DNA of 50,870 nt from a virus (Duplodnaviria; Caudoviricetes), in IMG/VR virus record IMGVR_UViG_3300031825_000017, positions 1-50,870 of that record. One strand, 5' to 3'. Of this stretch, positions 1 to 9,279 are shown piece after piece. How positions within the stretch are numbered: the first letter of the stretch is position 1; every line of letters starts with the position of its first letter. The notes beneath the pieces were generated by a model. The model did no database searches, was not told the origin of the DNA, and saw only the letters and a program-made list of their open reading frames with translations. A program made the position numbers and the translations under genes.

Positions 1-44
1 AGGTTAATAGCCTATCGGGGGTTCGAATCCCCCTCTCTCCGCCA
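1..44 (+). tRNA. 3' portion of a tRNA-Ser (long variable arm, T-arm, CCA); prophage attachment site (attL side)
   Basis: Variable-arm hairpin (aggttaatagcct), T-arm GGGGG-TTCGAAT-CCCCC and terminal ctctccgCCA. The integrase ends 75 bp downstream. The anticodon lies outside the window. Confidence 0.85.
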
Positions 45-118
45 CTGATTCCATAAGGCTTTGCGGGTTAGTGGTTGCTGACGGAGCCCTATAGATTTAG
101 CGGCGTCCTATTCAGCTA

Positions 119-1171
119 CTACCGCAGAGGCTGCACCAACTCAGGTTTGCGCCGATACACCCGGTCCGTGATCCTGCTGTCAGCGTGGGCCATCAGCGCC
201 CGCGCATGCTCCAACGTAGCCGCATCGCTTGCGCATTTCGCGCGCAGGTCGTGCTCGTTGAAGCGCATTTTGACCTCCGTCTCCTTCAGCACGCGCTCCA
301 TGAAGCCGCGCCACATCGAATCCCATCCGCCAGCCCGGCCCGTCTCCTCGTTGAGATAGGATTGCCCGTCGCGATTGCAGAAGAGCCAGGGTGAGATGCG
401 CACCGGCCGCGCTTGCTTGGCCATTTCGACGCCTGCACGCAGCTCGTCCGTCCAGGCCAGGATGATCCGCTTTGCGGTGCTGCCGGCCGTCTTCGCCGGC
501 GTGACGTGAATGCCGTCATCCTGCAGGTCGGACATGGTCAGGCGCAGCAGATCCCCGCGGCGTAGGCCGGTGATCAGCTTGACCCGGATGTAGGCCTGCA
601 CCGCGAGGACGCTGCCCGCTTTGCGTTTCGACTCCAGCGACAGGCATTCGACGATCTCCCAGTCCTCCACGTAGCGCGTGCGCGCCTTCTCGCCGGCCAG
701 GCGCACCTCGCCCTTGAACGGGTGCCTGTCGATGATTCCCCACTCGACCGCCTTGGTGAAAGCGTGCGACAGGATCTCAATCTCGCGGCGCGCTGCGACC
801 TTCGATTGCCGGTGCTCGATGTACTGGTAGATCACCTGGGGCCGTACCCCGGAGATAGGGGCCTTGCCGAGCACGGCGCGCAGGCGCTTGATCGCCACCT
901 GATTCTGCACTCGCGTGCTGGGGGCCTTCGTTGGCACGACCTGGAGCGAGTACCGGTCCAGCAGTTGAGCGATCGTGCGCGTGTCTTCGGCGCTGGCCAG
1001 GCGCTCGGCCCAGACCTTATACGCCTCGGGCAGCGATGCGCCGAGCCGGAATTCCTTCTTTCCATCCCACATCGCTTCCAGTCCGGGCGGCACCTGGTAG
1101 TAATAGGCGCCCCGGCGTTGCCGCCAGCGCGTCGGCAGGCCCTTGTTCTCGGGGTTGCGCGGCTTGGGCAT
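119..1171 (-). CDS. int: Tyrosine integrase
   Basis: Catalytic motifs GLRRGD, PAKT, HDLR, AHAD and VYRR; N-terminal arm-binding-like region; next to the tRNA. Confidence 0.95.
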   Translation of the reverse strand: MPKPRNPENKGLPTRWRQRRGAYYYQVPPGLEAMWDGKKEFRLGASLPEAYKVWAERLASAEDTRTIAQLLDRYSLQVVPTKAPSTRVQNQVAIKRLRAVLGKAPISGVRPQVIYQYIEHRQSKVAARREIEILSHAFTKAVEWGIIDRHPFKGEVRLAGEKARTRYVEDWEIVECLSLESKRKAGSVLAVQAYIRVKLITGLRRGDLLRLTMSDLQDDGIHVTPAKTAGSTAKRIILAWTDELRAGVEMAKQARPVRISPWLFCNRDGQSYLNEETGRAGGWDSMWRGFMERVLKETEVKMRFNEHDLRAKCASDAATLEHARALMAHADSRITDRVYRRKPELVQPLR

Positions 1172-1389
1172 CAGGCAGCGTCCCAATCAGGTTGCCACGA
1201 CGGCTGATTGGCGGCCTGGGGTGCGCCGCCCAACTGGGCTTCGATATGCGAGCGCAGTACCACTACGGTGCCGTCGGCGCGCACCTTGTGCTCAATGCCC
1301 ATGGCCCGAAGCGCGCGCACCTGCGCCGAGGATTTTTGCTTGTGCGTGAGGTCTTGGAGTTCCTCGCGCGAGAGGGTCAGGCTTGCCAT
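1171..1389 (-). CDS. DUF4224-like excisionase/small DNA-binding protein
   Basis: LSREELQDLT...AQVRALRAMGI...RADGTVVVLR pattern; stop overlaps the int start. Confidence 0.75.
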   Translation of the reverse strand: MASLTLSREELQDLTHKQKSSAQVRALRAMGIEHKVRADGTVVVLRSHIEAQLGGAPQAANQPSWQPDWDAA

Positions 1390-1442
1390 CTGGTGCTCCC
1401 AGTATTTCCTGGTCGTTTCAATCATACGTGCTGCTGCTTCGG

Positions 1443-2114
1443 TCATTCCAGTTCCTGCTCCGCCTGACGCATCGCTGCCGTGAGCGTCGCCATTTCTTCG
1501 TGCGAGCCTCCGCGGTCCGGGTGCGCCGACTGCGCGCGCCGGCGGTACGCCGCGCGGACGGCCGCCAGATCCTGCTCGCCGGCCGGGACGCCGATCACCT
1601 CGCGCCAGCCCTTCGGCGCCGCCGGCGACGGCAGGGCGGTGAAACCGGTGAACGCACGGTCCAGGATCTGGGCGCCTCCGTGGCGTTCGATCGCGCGCAG
1701 GGCTTCCAGCGTCGCCGCGATGGCGGCCAGGTTGTCGGCCACCGCGCGGTATCGGTCGATGGCCATCACGCGCGGCGCGCCGGCGCGGTCCTGCCAGTAG
1801 ACGGCGGCGCCCGGATCAGCGGGCTCGCGCTGGCCAGATCGCGGCAGGCCGTCCAGGCGGACAGCCACGTTGGTGCTGATGATGGTCGAGCCCGGCCGCG
1901 CGCCGAGGCGTGCCAGCTCGTCGAGCACGCGGTTTGTGCCGTCCGAGACGGTCAGGGCCTTCTTGCTGCGGTAGACGGTTGAGGTGCCGTCCGACCACCG
2001 GTGTTCGGTGGAGGTGCCGCGGCCGAACCTCGCCTCGGCGCGCTGGGCATCGGTCTTGCGCGGCCAGCCGGTCGGCCAAGCCAGCGGGTATCGGGTGATC
2101 GTGTCGGTACTCAT
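1443..2114 (-). CDS. Phage protein with C-terminal DnaJ (J) domain
   Basis: AYRRRAQSAHPDRGG (HPD motif); N-terminal YPLAWPTGWPR typical of this phage family. Confidence 0.85.
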   Translation of the reverse strand: MSTDTITRYPLAWPTGWPRKTDAQRAEARFGRGTSTEHRWSDGTSTVYRSKKALTVSDGTNRVLDELARLGARPGSTIISTNVAVRLDGLPRSGQREPADPGAAVYWQDRAGAPRVMAIDRYRAVADNLAAIAATLEALRAIERHGGAQILDRAFTGFTALPSPAAPKGWREVIGVPAGEQDLAAVRAAYRRRAQSAHPDRGGSHEEMATLTAAMRQAEQELE

Positions 2115-2132
2115 AGGGTTGGTATCTGGTGG

Positions 2133-2663
2133 TTACGCATGGGGTTGGTAGGGAGCGGGCCGTACCGCGCCAGCGACGTACAGCGGGTGCTTGGGGCTGC
2201 CGTCCTTGTTCAGGCCCAAGTGGTGCAGCAGCGGCCCGCGGCCACACATCCGGACGATGCGCAGCACCTCCGCCGCGCGCGCCGGCGCCGCCTTGTGCGC
2301 GCCCCATGCGCAGATCACCAGCGAGCAGCGGTCCAGTGCATCCATGATGGCGCCGTCGTTCCGGTCAGCCCGGTCGCCCAGCGGTGCCGGATGGGTCAGC
2401 AGGCCGTCCGGATCGGTCGAGCGCAGCGGGTAGAGGTTGACCACCTCCAGCCGGCCGTACTTGCCGGCCAGCGCGCGCTGCAGGCACCGCATGATCGTTG
2501 GGTCGTTGACCTGGTGATCTGCGGTTGACGGGTTGAGCATGATGAAGCCCAAGGCCGGCCGGCTGCGGTCCCACTCGCGCCACAGGCGGTAGCGGTACTG
2601 TTCGCAGTCGGAGAGGATGCAGCCGGCCTCGCCGTCGAGGGTAGTTTCCGTCAGATGTTTCAT
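2133..2663 (-). CDS. DUF1643 family protein
   Basis: YRYRLWREW, FIMLNPSTAD, VVNLYPLRSTDP, ICAWG and PKHPLY motifs. Confidence 0.85.
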   Translation of the reverse strand: MKHLTETTLDGEAGCILSDCEQYRYRLWREWDRSRPALGFIMLNPSTADHQVNDPTIMRCLQRALAGKYGRLEVVNLYPLRSTDPDGLLTHPAPLGDRADRNDGAIMDALDRCSLVICAWGAHKAAPARAAEVLRIVRMCGRGPLLHHLGLNKDGSPKHPLYVAGAVRPAPYQPHA

Positions 2664-2872
2664 GGCATGCACCGCGGGTTGCCACAGCACATGCCGCGCA
2701 CCACGTCGCCATCCGTCAGGGTGTCGAGGTCGTCGGCGGTATACCAGCGTGAATCGCCGGCGCGCAGCGCGGCGATCTTCACCGTCTCGCGCGCGCCGCA
2801 ATGGCATTCCAACCAAACCTCAGATTCGTCGGCGAGCGCCTGATCCGCCATCCACTGGTCGAAGGACTTCAT
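2660..2872 (-). CDS. Small Cys-rich hypothetical protein (now in frame with the upstream helicase-methylase)
   Basis: Own GGAGGT Shine-Dalgarno before ATG 2872; CHC and CCGNPRC motifs. Confidence 0.55.
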   Translation of the reverse strand: MKSFDQWMADQALADESEVWLECHCGARETVKIAALRAGDSRWYTADDLDTLTDGDVVRGMCCGNPRCMP

Positions 2873-4516
2873 GCCGCCACCTCCGGGAATCCGGCCCGGC
2901 TTCAGCATGCGCAGCAGCTCGGGCGTCAGGAAATCCATCTGCTGCCAGAAGTGCGAGTTGTCCTCGGTGTGGCCGAAGTCGTTGTACGAGGGCGAATACT
3001 CGTAGTGGTTGGCGAACGGGATCGAGGTCACGATCAGGTCGACCGATGCGTCCGACTGCCGGCGCGCCTCGTCCACGCAGTCGTTGTTCGCCACGCGGAA
3101 GAACCGGCCCTCGACCTCGATGCGCTTGACGCCGATCGAGCGCGCGAGGGTCTCCTGCATGGCGAGTTGGTTGAGGCCATACTGCTTGATGATGTCGGTC
3201 ATCTTCTGCACCATTTCGTCGTGACGGCGCCACTTTTCCTGCAGCGTGCGAAGGATCTCGCGCTCGGCCTCCGAGTGGATGATGTCCACACGGCAGGCGT
3301 GGGGCTGCTGGAACCGCTGGATGCGGTGGATCGCCTGGATGAAGTCGTTGAACTTGAACCCGATGCCGGAGAAGATCTCGCGATGGCAGTGCCGCTGGAA
3401 GTTGCAGCCGCTGCCGGCGATGATCGGCTTCGTGGAGAGCAGCCGGTACCGGCCCTCGCCGAAGTCGATGATGCGCTGCTCGCGCTCATCCAGATCCTGG
3501 CTGCCCCACACGCTGACTGCCTCGGGCAGCGCCTCTTGGATGGCATGCCGCTCCATCTCCAGGTCGTGCCAGATCACGAAATGGTCGTCGGGTGCCTCGG
3601 CCACCAGCTCAGCCGCTTTGGCCACGCGCGCGTCCAGACTGTTGCGCTTCTCCGCCGAGGCCGCTTGCACGCCTAGCGCCGGGTCGTTGAACATCAGGCC
3701 CTGGCCGATCTTGTCGGTGCCGGCCGTGCTGTAGTCGGTGGGTACCTCGTGGTATCGCACGTCGAGCGGCGGCAATTCATAGCCCTCGTCGCTGTAGCCG
3801 AGATCGGATGGCTTCTGGATGAACACCGCCCAGCTGCTCACCCACATCCAGAATTCCTGTTCCTTGTGCGGATAGAGCGTCAGGTTGCCGGCCTTCTCGC
3901 TGTCCCGCTGGAAGAAGCGGGTTAGCGCCTGACCAGTGTCCATCTGCCCAAGGAAGCCGGCGTAGTGGATCAGTTCCTTGAAGCGATTCGGGCTCGGCGT
4001 CGCCGTGTTGACCAGTTTGAACGGCACGCCTTCGAACAGCGGCAGAAACTCCTGATAGGTCTTGCTGCCGAACGAGCGCAGCACGGACGCCTCGTCCAGG
4101 CTGACGGCCGTAAACCGACGCGGGTCGATCTTCCCCTCGCGCACCGATTCGTAGTTGGTCAGGTAGTAGCGCTGGCCGGCGGCGACCTCGGCATCCGTCC
4201 GGATGAAGCGCAGGTCGATGCCGAGCATGCGGGCATCGCGGATCAGTTCTTGGCGCACACCCAGTGGAGCGACGAGCAGCAGCATGCCGCCGGCGCGTTC
4301 GACGGTCAGGCGCCCCCATTCGCACTGCATCACCGACTTACCCAGGCCGAATGAGGCGAAGATGCCGCGGTTTCCGCCCTTGACGGCCCAGCGCACGATA
4401 TCGCGCTGGTGGCCGAACAGGATCGGATTCACGTCACCCGGCGCGACGTCGAACCCGTCGAAGCGAGCCATCTTGATCTTGGCGCGCAGGAATTCGTCGT
4501 ATCGGTCCGCCGTCAT
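2660..4516 (-). pseudogene. SF2/SNF2-like helicase fused to an N4/N6 DNA methylase whose C-terminal half is missing
   Basis: Helicase motifs FGLGKS, LDEAS, TATP and QAIHRIQR. Methylase motif IV (DLIVTSIPF) is present, but homology stops after LKPGRI with no FxGxG motif. Confidence 0.7.
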
Positions 4517-6297
4517 ACTGCCTCCGTGATGCCGGCCACCGACAGCGCCACCGCCACCTGCCGCACCCACACCGGCGTGGCGGACAGCATGAAGGTCTCG
4601 CCCGCCTCGGCCAGCAGTAGGGTGGTGCCCATCACCTCGGCGATGGCCTGCGCCGCGTCGGGCGGCACGGCATTGCCGATACGCTCGCGCCAAGCCTGGT
4701 CGCTCAGGCCGTCCAGCTCGAGGTATTCCTCGGGCTCGATCAGCGACTGCAGGGCGGCCAGCTCCAGCGTGGTGAACGGGCGGTGCCAGGTGCCATCGAG
4801 CGCGCGGATGATCGCCACCAGCTTGTCGTTCGCCGCCGGCATGCGTGGATCGGCCACCGACCACCGGCCGTTGTCGTGCCCGGCCGCCGCCGATACCGCG
4901 CCGCTGGGCTGTTCCCACGCCACCACGCCATAGTGCCCGCCGGTCAGGTAGTTATCGCCCGGTTCGCGGCGCATACCCGGGCGCGGATCGGCCACGGCGT
5001 ATGCACCCTGGCCGGTCGTGCTACCGCTGATGACCGTGCCGGCCGGCGCGTCGAAGGGCGTAACCGCATACTTGCCGAACGTGGGTCCGGCGCGCCGCGG
5101 GTCCTGCACGCACTGGCCGGTGCCGTGGGCGCTGGTGACGGCGCCGGCGGCCTCTGCCCACGGCACGATCCGGAACTCGTTGTTGTGCTTGGCCGGCCCG
5201 GCGTGGCGAGGGTCGGCGACGCTGAAGGTGCCCTGGCCGGGATTGGTTCCGGCCGTGATGGCGCCCGAACTCTCGCCCCAGCATAGCACGCCGTATTGCT
5301 GGTACTGCGCCGCGCCGGCCGGGCCGCGCGGGTCCGCGATCGAGAACGTGCCATTGCTGGGCAGCGATTCGCCCGCAACCGCACCGGCATGCTCTTCCCA
5401 GCCCAAGACGCCCAGGGCGCCGTTGCGGCGCTCCGGCATGATCAGGTAGTCGCGCAGCTTGCCGTTCTCCACCGCCAGCTTGTTCAGGCTGCGCCAGTCG
5501 CTGCCGGCCTCAACGAACGCCAGCCTCACCCATGTCTTCCACTGCAGCGACGGCACGCGGTGCATTGGGCCGCCAGCGGAGTCGCCAGGCAGCGGCATGC
5601 GGCCCAGCACCGTGCCGACACCCTGCAGGCGGTGAATCTCCGGTTCGTACAGGAATGCCGGCACCTTGGCCGTGTGCCGCGCCACCAGCAGGAAGCGCTT
5701 GCGGCTTTGCGCCAACTTGCCGATCTCCCCGCAGTCGTGGGTCGTCTCGTTCACCGCATAGCCGTAATAGCGCAGGATCTTTGCGATCTGGTCCAGCAGG
5801 TGGCGTCCGCGCGTGGCGAGCCGCGGCACGTTTTCGAACACGATCAACTCGACCGGGTCATCCTTCCAAGCCTCGCACATCAGCCACACGCAGCGCAGCG
5901 TCAGCTCGTTGAGCGCCTGGTACTTCGGCGTGCGGCTCAACGCCTCGGACAGCAGGCCGGAGGCGCCCTTGCACGGCGATGAGATGAACACACAGTTCGG
6001 CCGCTCGTTGCCGGCGGCGCGCCGGATGTCGGCGGCCGTGGCCTCGCGCCAGCCCGCCGGCGGCTCCTTGCCATGGAACGCGGTGTACTGTTCGCGCGTG
6101 AACAGGTCCATCACCGTGCACGGCACGCCCACCAGTTGCTGGAAGTCGCGCGCGGCGGCCGGGTCCACGTCAATGCCGCCGATGCACTTCCAGGTGGCAA
6201 TCATGTTGCCGACTTGCGAGGCGGCCTTCTTGAAGCCCTTGGCGCCACCGCCGAGACCGCAGCAGAAACCGAACGTCTTGTATTCTCGGCGGATCAT
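4513..6297 (-). CDS. DNA cytosine-5 methyltransferase with repeated variable region
   Basis: Motif I FCCGLGG, IV SSPCKG, VI ENV, VIII QSRKR, X IGNAVPP. Confidence 0.92.
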   Translation of the reverse strand: MIRREYKTFGFCCGLGGGAKGFKKAASQVGNMIATWKCIGGIDVDPAAARDFQQLVGVPCTVMDLFTREQYTAFHGKEPPAGWREATAADIRRAAGNERPNCVFISSPCKGASGLLSEALSRTPKYQALNELTLRCVWLMCEAWKDDPVELIVFENVPRLATRGRHLLDQIAKILRYYGYAVNETTHDCGEIGKLAQSRKRFLLVARHTAKVPAFLYEPEIHRLQGVGTVLGRMPLPGDSAGGPMHRVPSLQWKTWVRLAFVEAGSDWRSLNKLAVENGKLRDYLIMPERRNGALGVLGWEEHAGAVAGESLPSNGTFSIADPRGPAGAAQYQQYGVLCWGESSGAITAGTNPGQGTFSVADPRHAGPAKHNNEFRIVPWAEAAGAVTSAHGTGQCVQDPRRAGPTFGKYAVTPFDAPAGTVISGSTTGQGAYAVADPRPGMRREPGDNYLTGGHYGVVAWEQPSGAVSAAAGHDNGRWSVADPRMPAANDKLVAIIRALDGTWHRPFTTLELAALQSLIEPEEYLELDGLSDQAWRERIGNAVPPDAAQAIAEVMGTTLLLAEAGETFMLSATPVWVRQVAVALSVAGITEAV

Positions 6298-6551
6298 GCG
6301 GAGGCTCCCTTGGCGATTGCAGCGTCGATGGCGTCCATCGTGTCCATGCGGAATGAACGGGCAGGATGCTGTTTGACGGCGGCTCTCAATACCTTGCGGG
6401 CCTCTATGAAATCACTATAGCGCGCGATAAGCTCGGGATCGCATGTGGTCGCCAATGAGCTGGGTTCGTCTTCGTCACTGGGTTCGGTGAGCCAGCAATC
6501 TCCAAGCACACAGTGCACGCGGATCACGTAGTCTTTCTTCGGTGGAGGCAT
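6294..6551 (-). CDS. Hypothetical protein
   Basis: ORF tiled between neighbours with an ATGA overlap. Confidence 0.6.
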   Translation of the reverse strand: MPPPKKDYVIRVHCVLGDCWLTEPSDEDEPSSLATTCDPELIARYSDFIEARKVLRAAVKQHPARSFRMDTMDAIDAAIAKGASA

Positions 6552-6552
6552 C

Positions 6553-8694
6553 TCAGACTCCCTTCGTGGTTGTGACGTCGCGCTTGTCCTCGCTGGGCTG
6601 CTCTGCGGCCAGGAGGTCGCGCAGTTCCGCCCGGCATTCCTCGGCCCGGTCCATTGCGGTGCCATCATCGAACCTGCCGCCGGCTACCGCCCATGTGCTG
6701 GCAAACTCCTGCACCTTGGTCATGATGGCCTCGACATCCAGCGCCTTGGCGCTCGGTTGCGGGGTAGTGGCCTCTGCCGGCTTGGCGCCGATAGGCTGCC
6801 CAAGCGCCCACAAGAACATGCAGAAGTTCGCCACGTCGCGTGGGTCGCCTTTTTCAACGTGTTCGCGCAGCATGCGAGAGAGGTCAGCAGGGTCGCATCG
6901 CTCCCATCCGCCGCGGCCTTTTGCGCGAGACTTGGCCAGCTTCGCCTTCATAGCGACAGCGAAGCGGTCTACCTCAACATCGTCTGGATGTTGCTCCGCC
7001 AACGCAGCCTTCAGGTGTGACCAGTCAGACGGCGGATCGCAAGAGTTATCACGGCATTCCATTGACTCGATATGTTCAATTGCTTCTGCTAGCGCCTCCC
7101 GGAGCGATACGTTCACCGGATCATCCGTCAGCGCGGCAGGCGATGCGCTCGGCGCAGGGGCGGCGATCTTTGCCAAGGCTTCAGCGATGGTGTCCTTGCC
7201 AAGCTCAATGCCATGCTTCGCGCATAGCTGCTTGAACAAGTAGCTGTTCGTCGGATTGCCGGCCACCGGCACCGCCTGCTGCGCGCTCGGCGCAGGGGTG
7301 GCGAGCGTGCTATCGGCGTTGCCGCGCGTCTTCACGGTTTTTACACCGTTCGTCGGCACGTCAGCGGGGCGCCAGATATGACCGCAGCCGTGGCACAGGT
7401 GGCTGCGGTGGGGCGGGTTGTTCCAGCGCTCCGGCTTGTCGCCGCCGCATTCCCACCACGACGACTCGTGCAGGCGCTCGGTGTACTGCGCGTCGGTCAT
7501 CGGCGCGTCGATGTGCTGCTCCCCGCAGGCCGGGCAGAACAGCACCATGTCGATGGGCTGTGCCTGTTGCGCGCCGGCGCTCGGCCCGCGCCCGGCAACA
7601 TCGGGCGGCATGGGGGTGGTGGCGAGCATGGCAGCGCGGTAGCGATTCCACATGTCCGCACCGACACAGCAGGCGTACTCGTCGGGGTTCGCAGTCGGGT
7701 CCAGCAGCGCCGGCACTTCCTCCGGCTCGATCTTCGGTGGCGCCGGCTGCGCATCCTCTCCGGCCCGTCCGCGCAGCAACTCCATCGCATGCTGCAGCAG
7801 CAGTTCGGCGCTGTAGTCGTGGGATGCGATGCGCGCCTCGATTTCGGCGAGGGTGTACGGTTCCTTGATAGGGTGCTCGGTAGTTTGATGCGGCCGAGTT
7901 GGGGCAGCCAGTGGTGCAGCCTGTGCGGCATCGGGGTTGATGATCCAGCCGCCCCCAGGCCCAACGAGCGTACCTGTGGGCCGCGCATCCTCGCCGGCCT
8001 GCGGCACCGATTGCCCCGCGAGTGCGTGCGGGATCTCCGCAAACCAGCAATTGCCGGTGCGTTCGACGGTTGGCCAGCAACCATCCGTCTGAAGACAAAT
8101 GAACGCATGGTCGCCGCTGTAGCCGATTACCTTGCGCCAGGAGTAACCGCGGTGCTGGTCGCTTTCGATGTCGCAGTTTGCGCCTGATACCAAACAAAAG
8201 GAGTTGATGGCCGGAAGAGTGTCACCAGGTTGATACGGGCGTTCCGCTAGCCTGCCTTCGCGGCGGCCGGTCTGAACCGGATAGGTCATCACCACGGCTG
8301 GCGAAGCCTGTGAGGCGGGGATGCCAAGCACATCGCGCGCCGCTGCCAGCGCCTCTCCCGGCGACAGCAGCCGCTCCGAATATCCACGGCATTCCCCGAA
8401 GCACTGCCACGCGAGGGCCTGTGCGAGATCGCGTATGGCGGCGGCGTTCTGAGCCGGCTGCGGCGATGAAGCGAGTGCCTCGTGCCGATGGAAATGGAGA
8501 TCGCTGACAAGTTGCCGAAAGACTTCGCGGATAGCTGGGCCGCTAGCTTGACCATGCTCGCTGTCAGCATTGAACAGGTAGCATGAATCTCCGCTAGGCG
8601 ACTCCACGCGACAGCCTTCTGTATCGGGGTCAAATTTCCAGCCATCCGTCAGCCCATGTGCCAACGAGGCACCTTGTTTCTGTTCTTCGCTCAT
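6553..8694 (-). CDS. Large modular (Ea22/Ead-like) mosaic early protein
   Basis: Short modules separated by Ala/Pro/Gln linkers; includes the HPDD..VDRFA..MKAKLAKSRAKGRGGW...GDPRDVANF module and a CxxC/HxCxxC module. Confidence 0.7.
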   Translation of the reverse strand: MSEEQKQGASLAHGLTDGWKFDPDTEGCRVESPSGDSCYLFNADSEHGQASGPAIREVFRQLVSDLHFHRHEALASSPQPAQNAAAIRDLAQALAWQCFGECRGYSERLLSPGEALAAARDVLGIPASQASPAVVMTYPVQTGRREGRLAERPYQPGDTLPAINSFCLVSGANCDIESDQHRGYSWRKVIGYSGDHAFICLQTDGCWPTVERTGNCWFAEIPHALAGQSVPQAGEDARPTGTLVGPGGGWIINPDAAQAAPLAAPTRPHQTTEHPIKEPYTLAEIEARIASHDYSAELLLQHAMELLRGRAGEDAQPAPPKIEPEEVPALLDPTANPDEYACCVGADMWNRYRAAMLATTPMPPDVAGRGPSAGAQQAQPIDMVLFCPACGEQHIDAPMTDAQYTERLHESSWWECGGDKPERWNNPPHRSHLCHGCGHIWRPADVPTNGVKTVKTRGNADSTLATPAPSAQQAVPVAGNPTNSYLFKQLCAKHGIELGKDTIAEALAKIAAPAPSASPAALTDDPVNVSLREALAEAIEHIESMECRDNSCDPPSDWSHLKAALAEQHPDDVEVDRFAVAMKAKLAKSRAKGRGGWERCDPADLSRMLREHVEKGDPRDVANFCMFLWALGQPIGAKPAEATTPQPSAKALDVEAIMTKVQEFASTWAVAGGRFDDGTAMDRAEECRAELRDLLAAEQPSEDKRDVTTTKGV

Positions 8695-8695
8695 C

Positions 8696-8971
8696 TCAGG
8701 CTCCCCGCCGCTTGTCGACCAGCGCCCAGCCAGCGTTCTTGCCACTGCCGAGGAAGTGGATCTTCCCGGCCTTGCGCAGGGCTTGGAGGCGGCGCTCGAG
8801 GATGCGGAAGGTATCGACTTGGGTGTAGATGGTGCGCCCCATGTTCTCTTCATGGGCGATGCACGAGCACTCGTCCATCACCTCTCCGCCGAAGAGGTCA
8901 TTGAAGGTATTCGACTGGTCGCCGATCTTGAGCAAGATCAGGGCATCAAGCTTCTCGTATTTGGTTTTCAT
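8696..8971 (-). CDS. Hypothetical protein (possible winged helix)
   Basis: Tiled ORF; RILERRLQALRKAGKI..GW pattern. Confidence 0.6.
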   Translation of the reverse strand: MKTKYEKLDALILLKIGDQSNTFNDLFGGEVMDECSCIAHEENMGRTIYTQVDTFRILERRLQALRKAGKIHFLGSGKNAGWALVDKRRGA

Positions 8972-9279
8972 TGGTGATCCTTGATCTTTTCCAGGAATGC
9001 GGCCATCGGCCCGTATTTCACCCAGCGCGCCAGCGGCTGCGAAGGTCGGTTCTTCGCACCGTCGTGCAGCGCGTCGAGCAAGCGCTCGAATTGCTGCAGG
9101 CGGGCGGCCTGGGCAATTCCGGCCTCGCGCGCCACGTCGAGCAGGGACAGCGTCTCCGCCAACTGCCGGCGCAGCTCGGCGTTCTTTCGCTTCAGGTCGT
9201 CGGAGTCGCGCGCGAGGTCGGCGATGTCGTGGTTCATCCGATCAGCCTGGCGGATCGGCGTGCGGAGGGGCCAGTTCAT
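8968..9279 (-). CDS. Hypothetical coiled-coil protein
   Basis: ATGA overlap with the RT stop and with the downstream gene. Confidence 0.65.
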   Translation of the reverse strand: MNWPLRTPIRQADRMNHDIADLARDSDDLKRKNAELRRQLAETLSLLDVAREAGIAQAARLQQFERLLDALHDGAKNRPSQPLARWVKYGPMAAFLEKIKDHQ

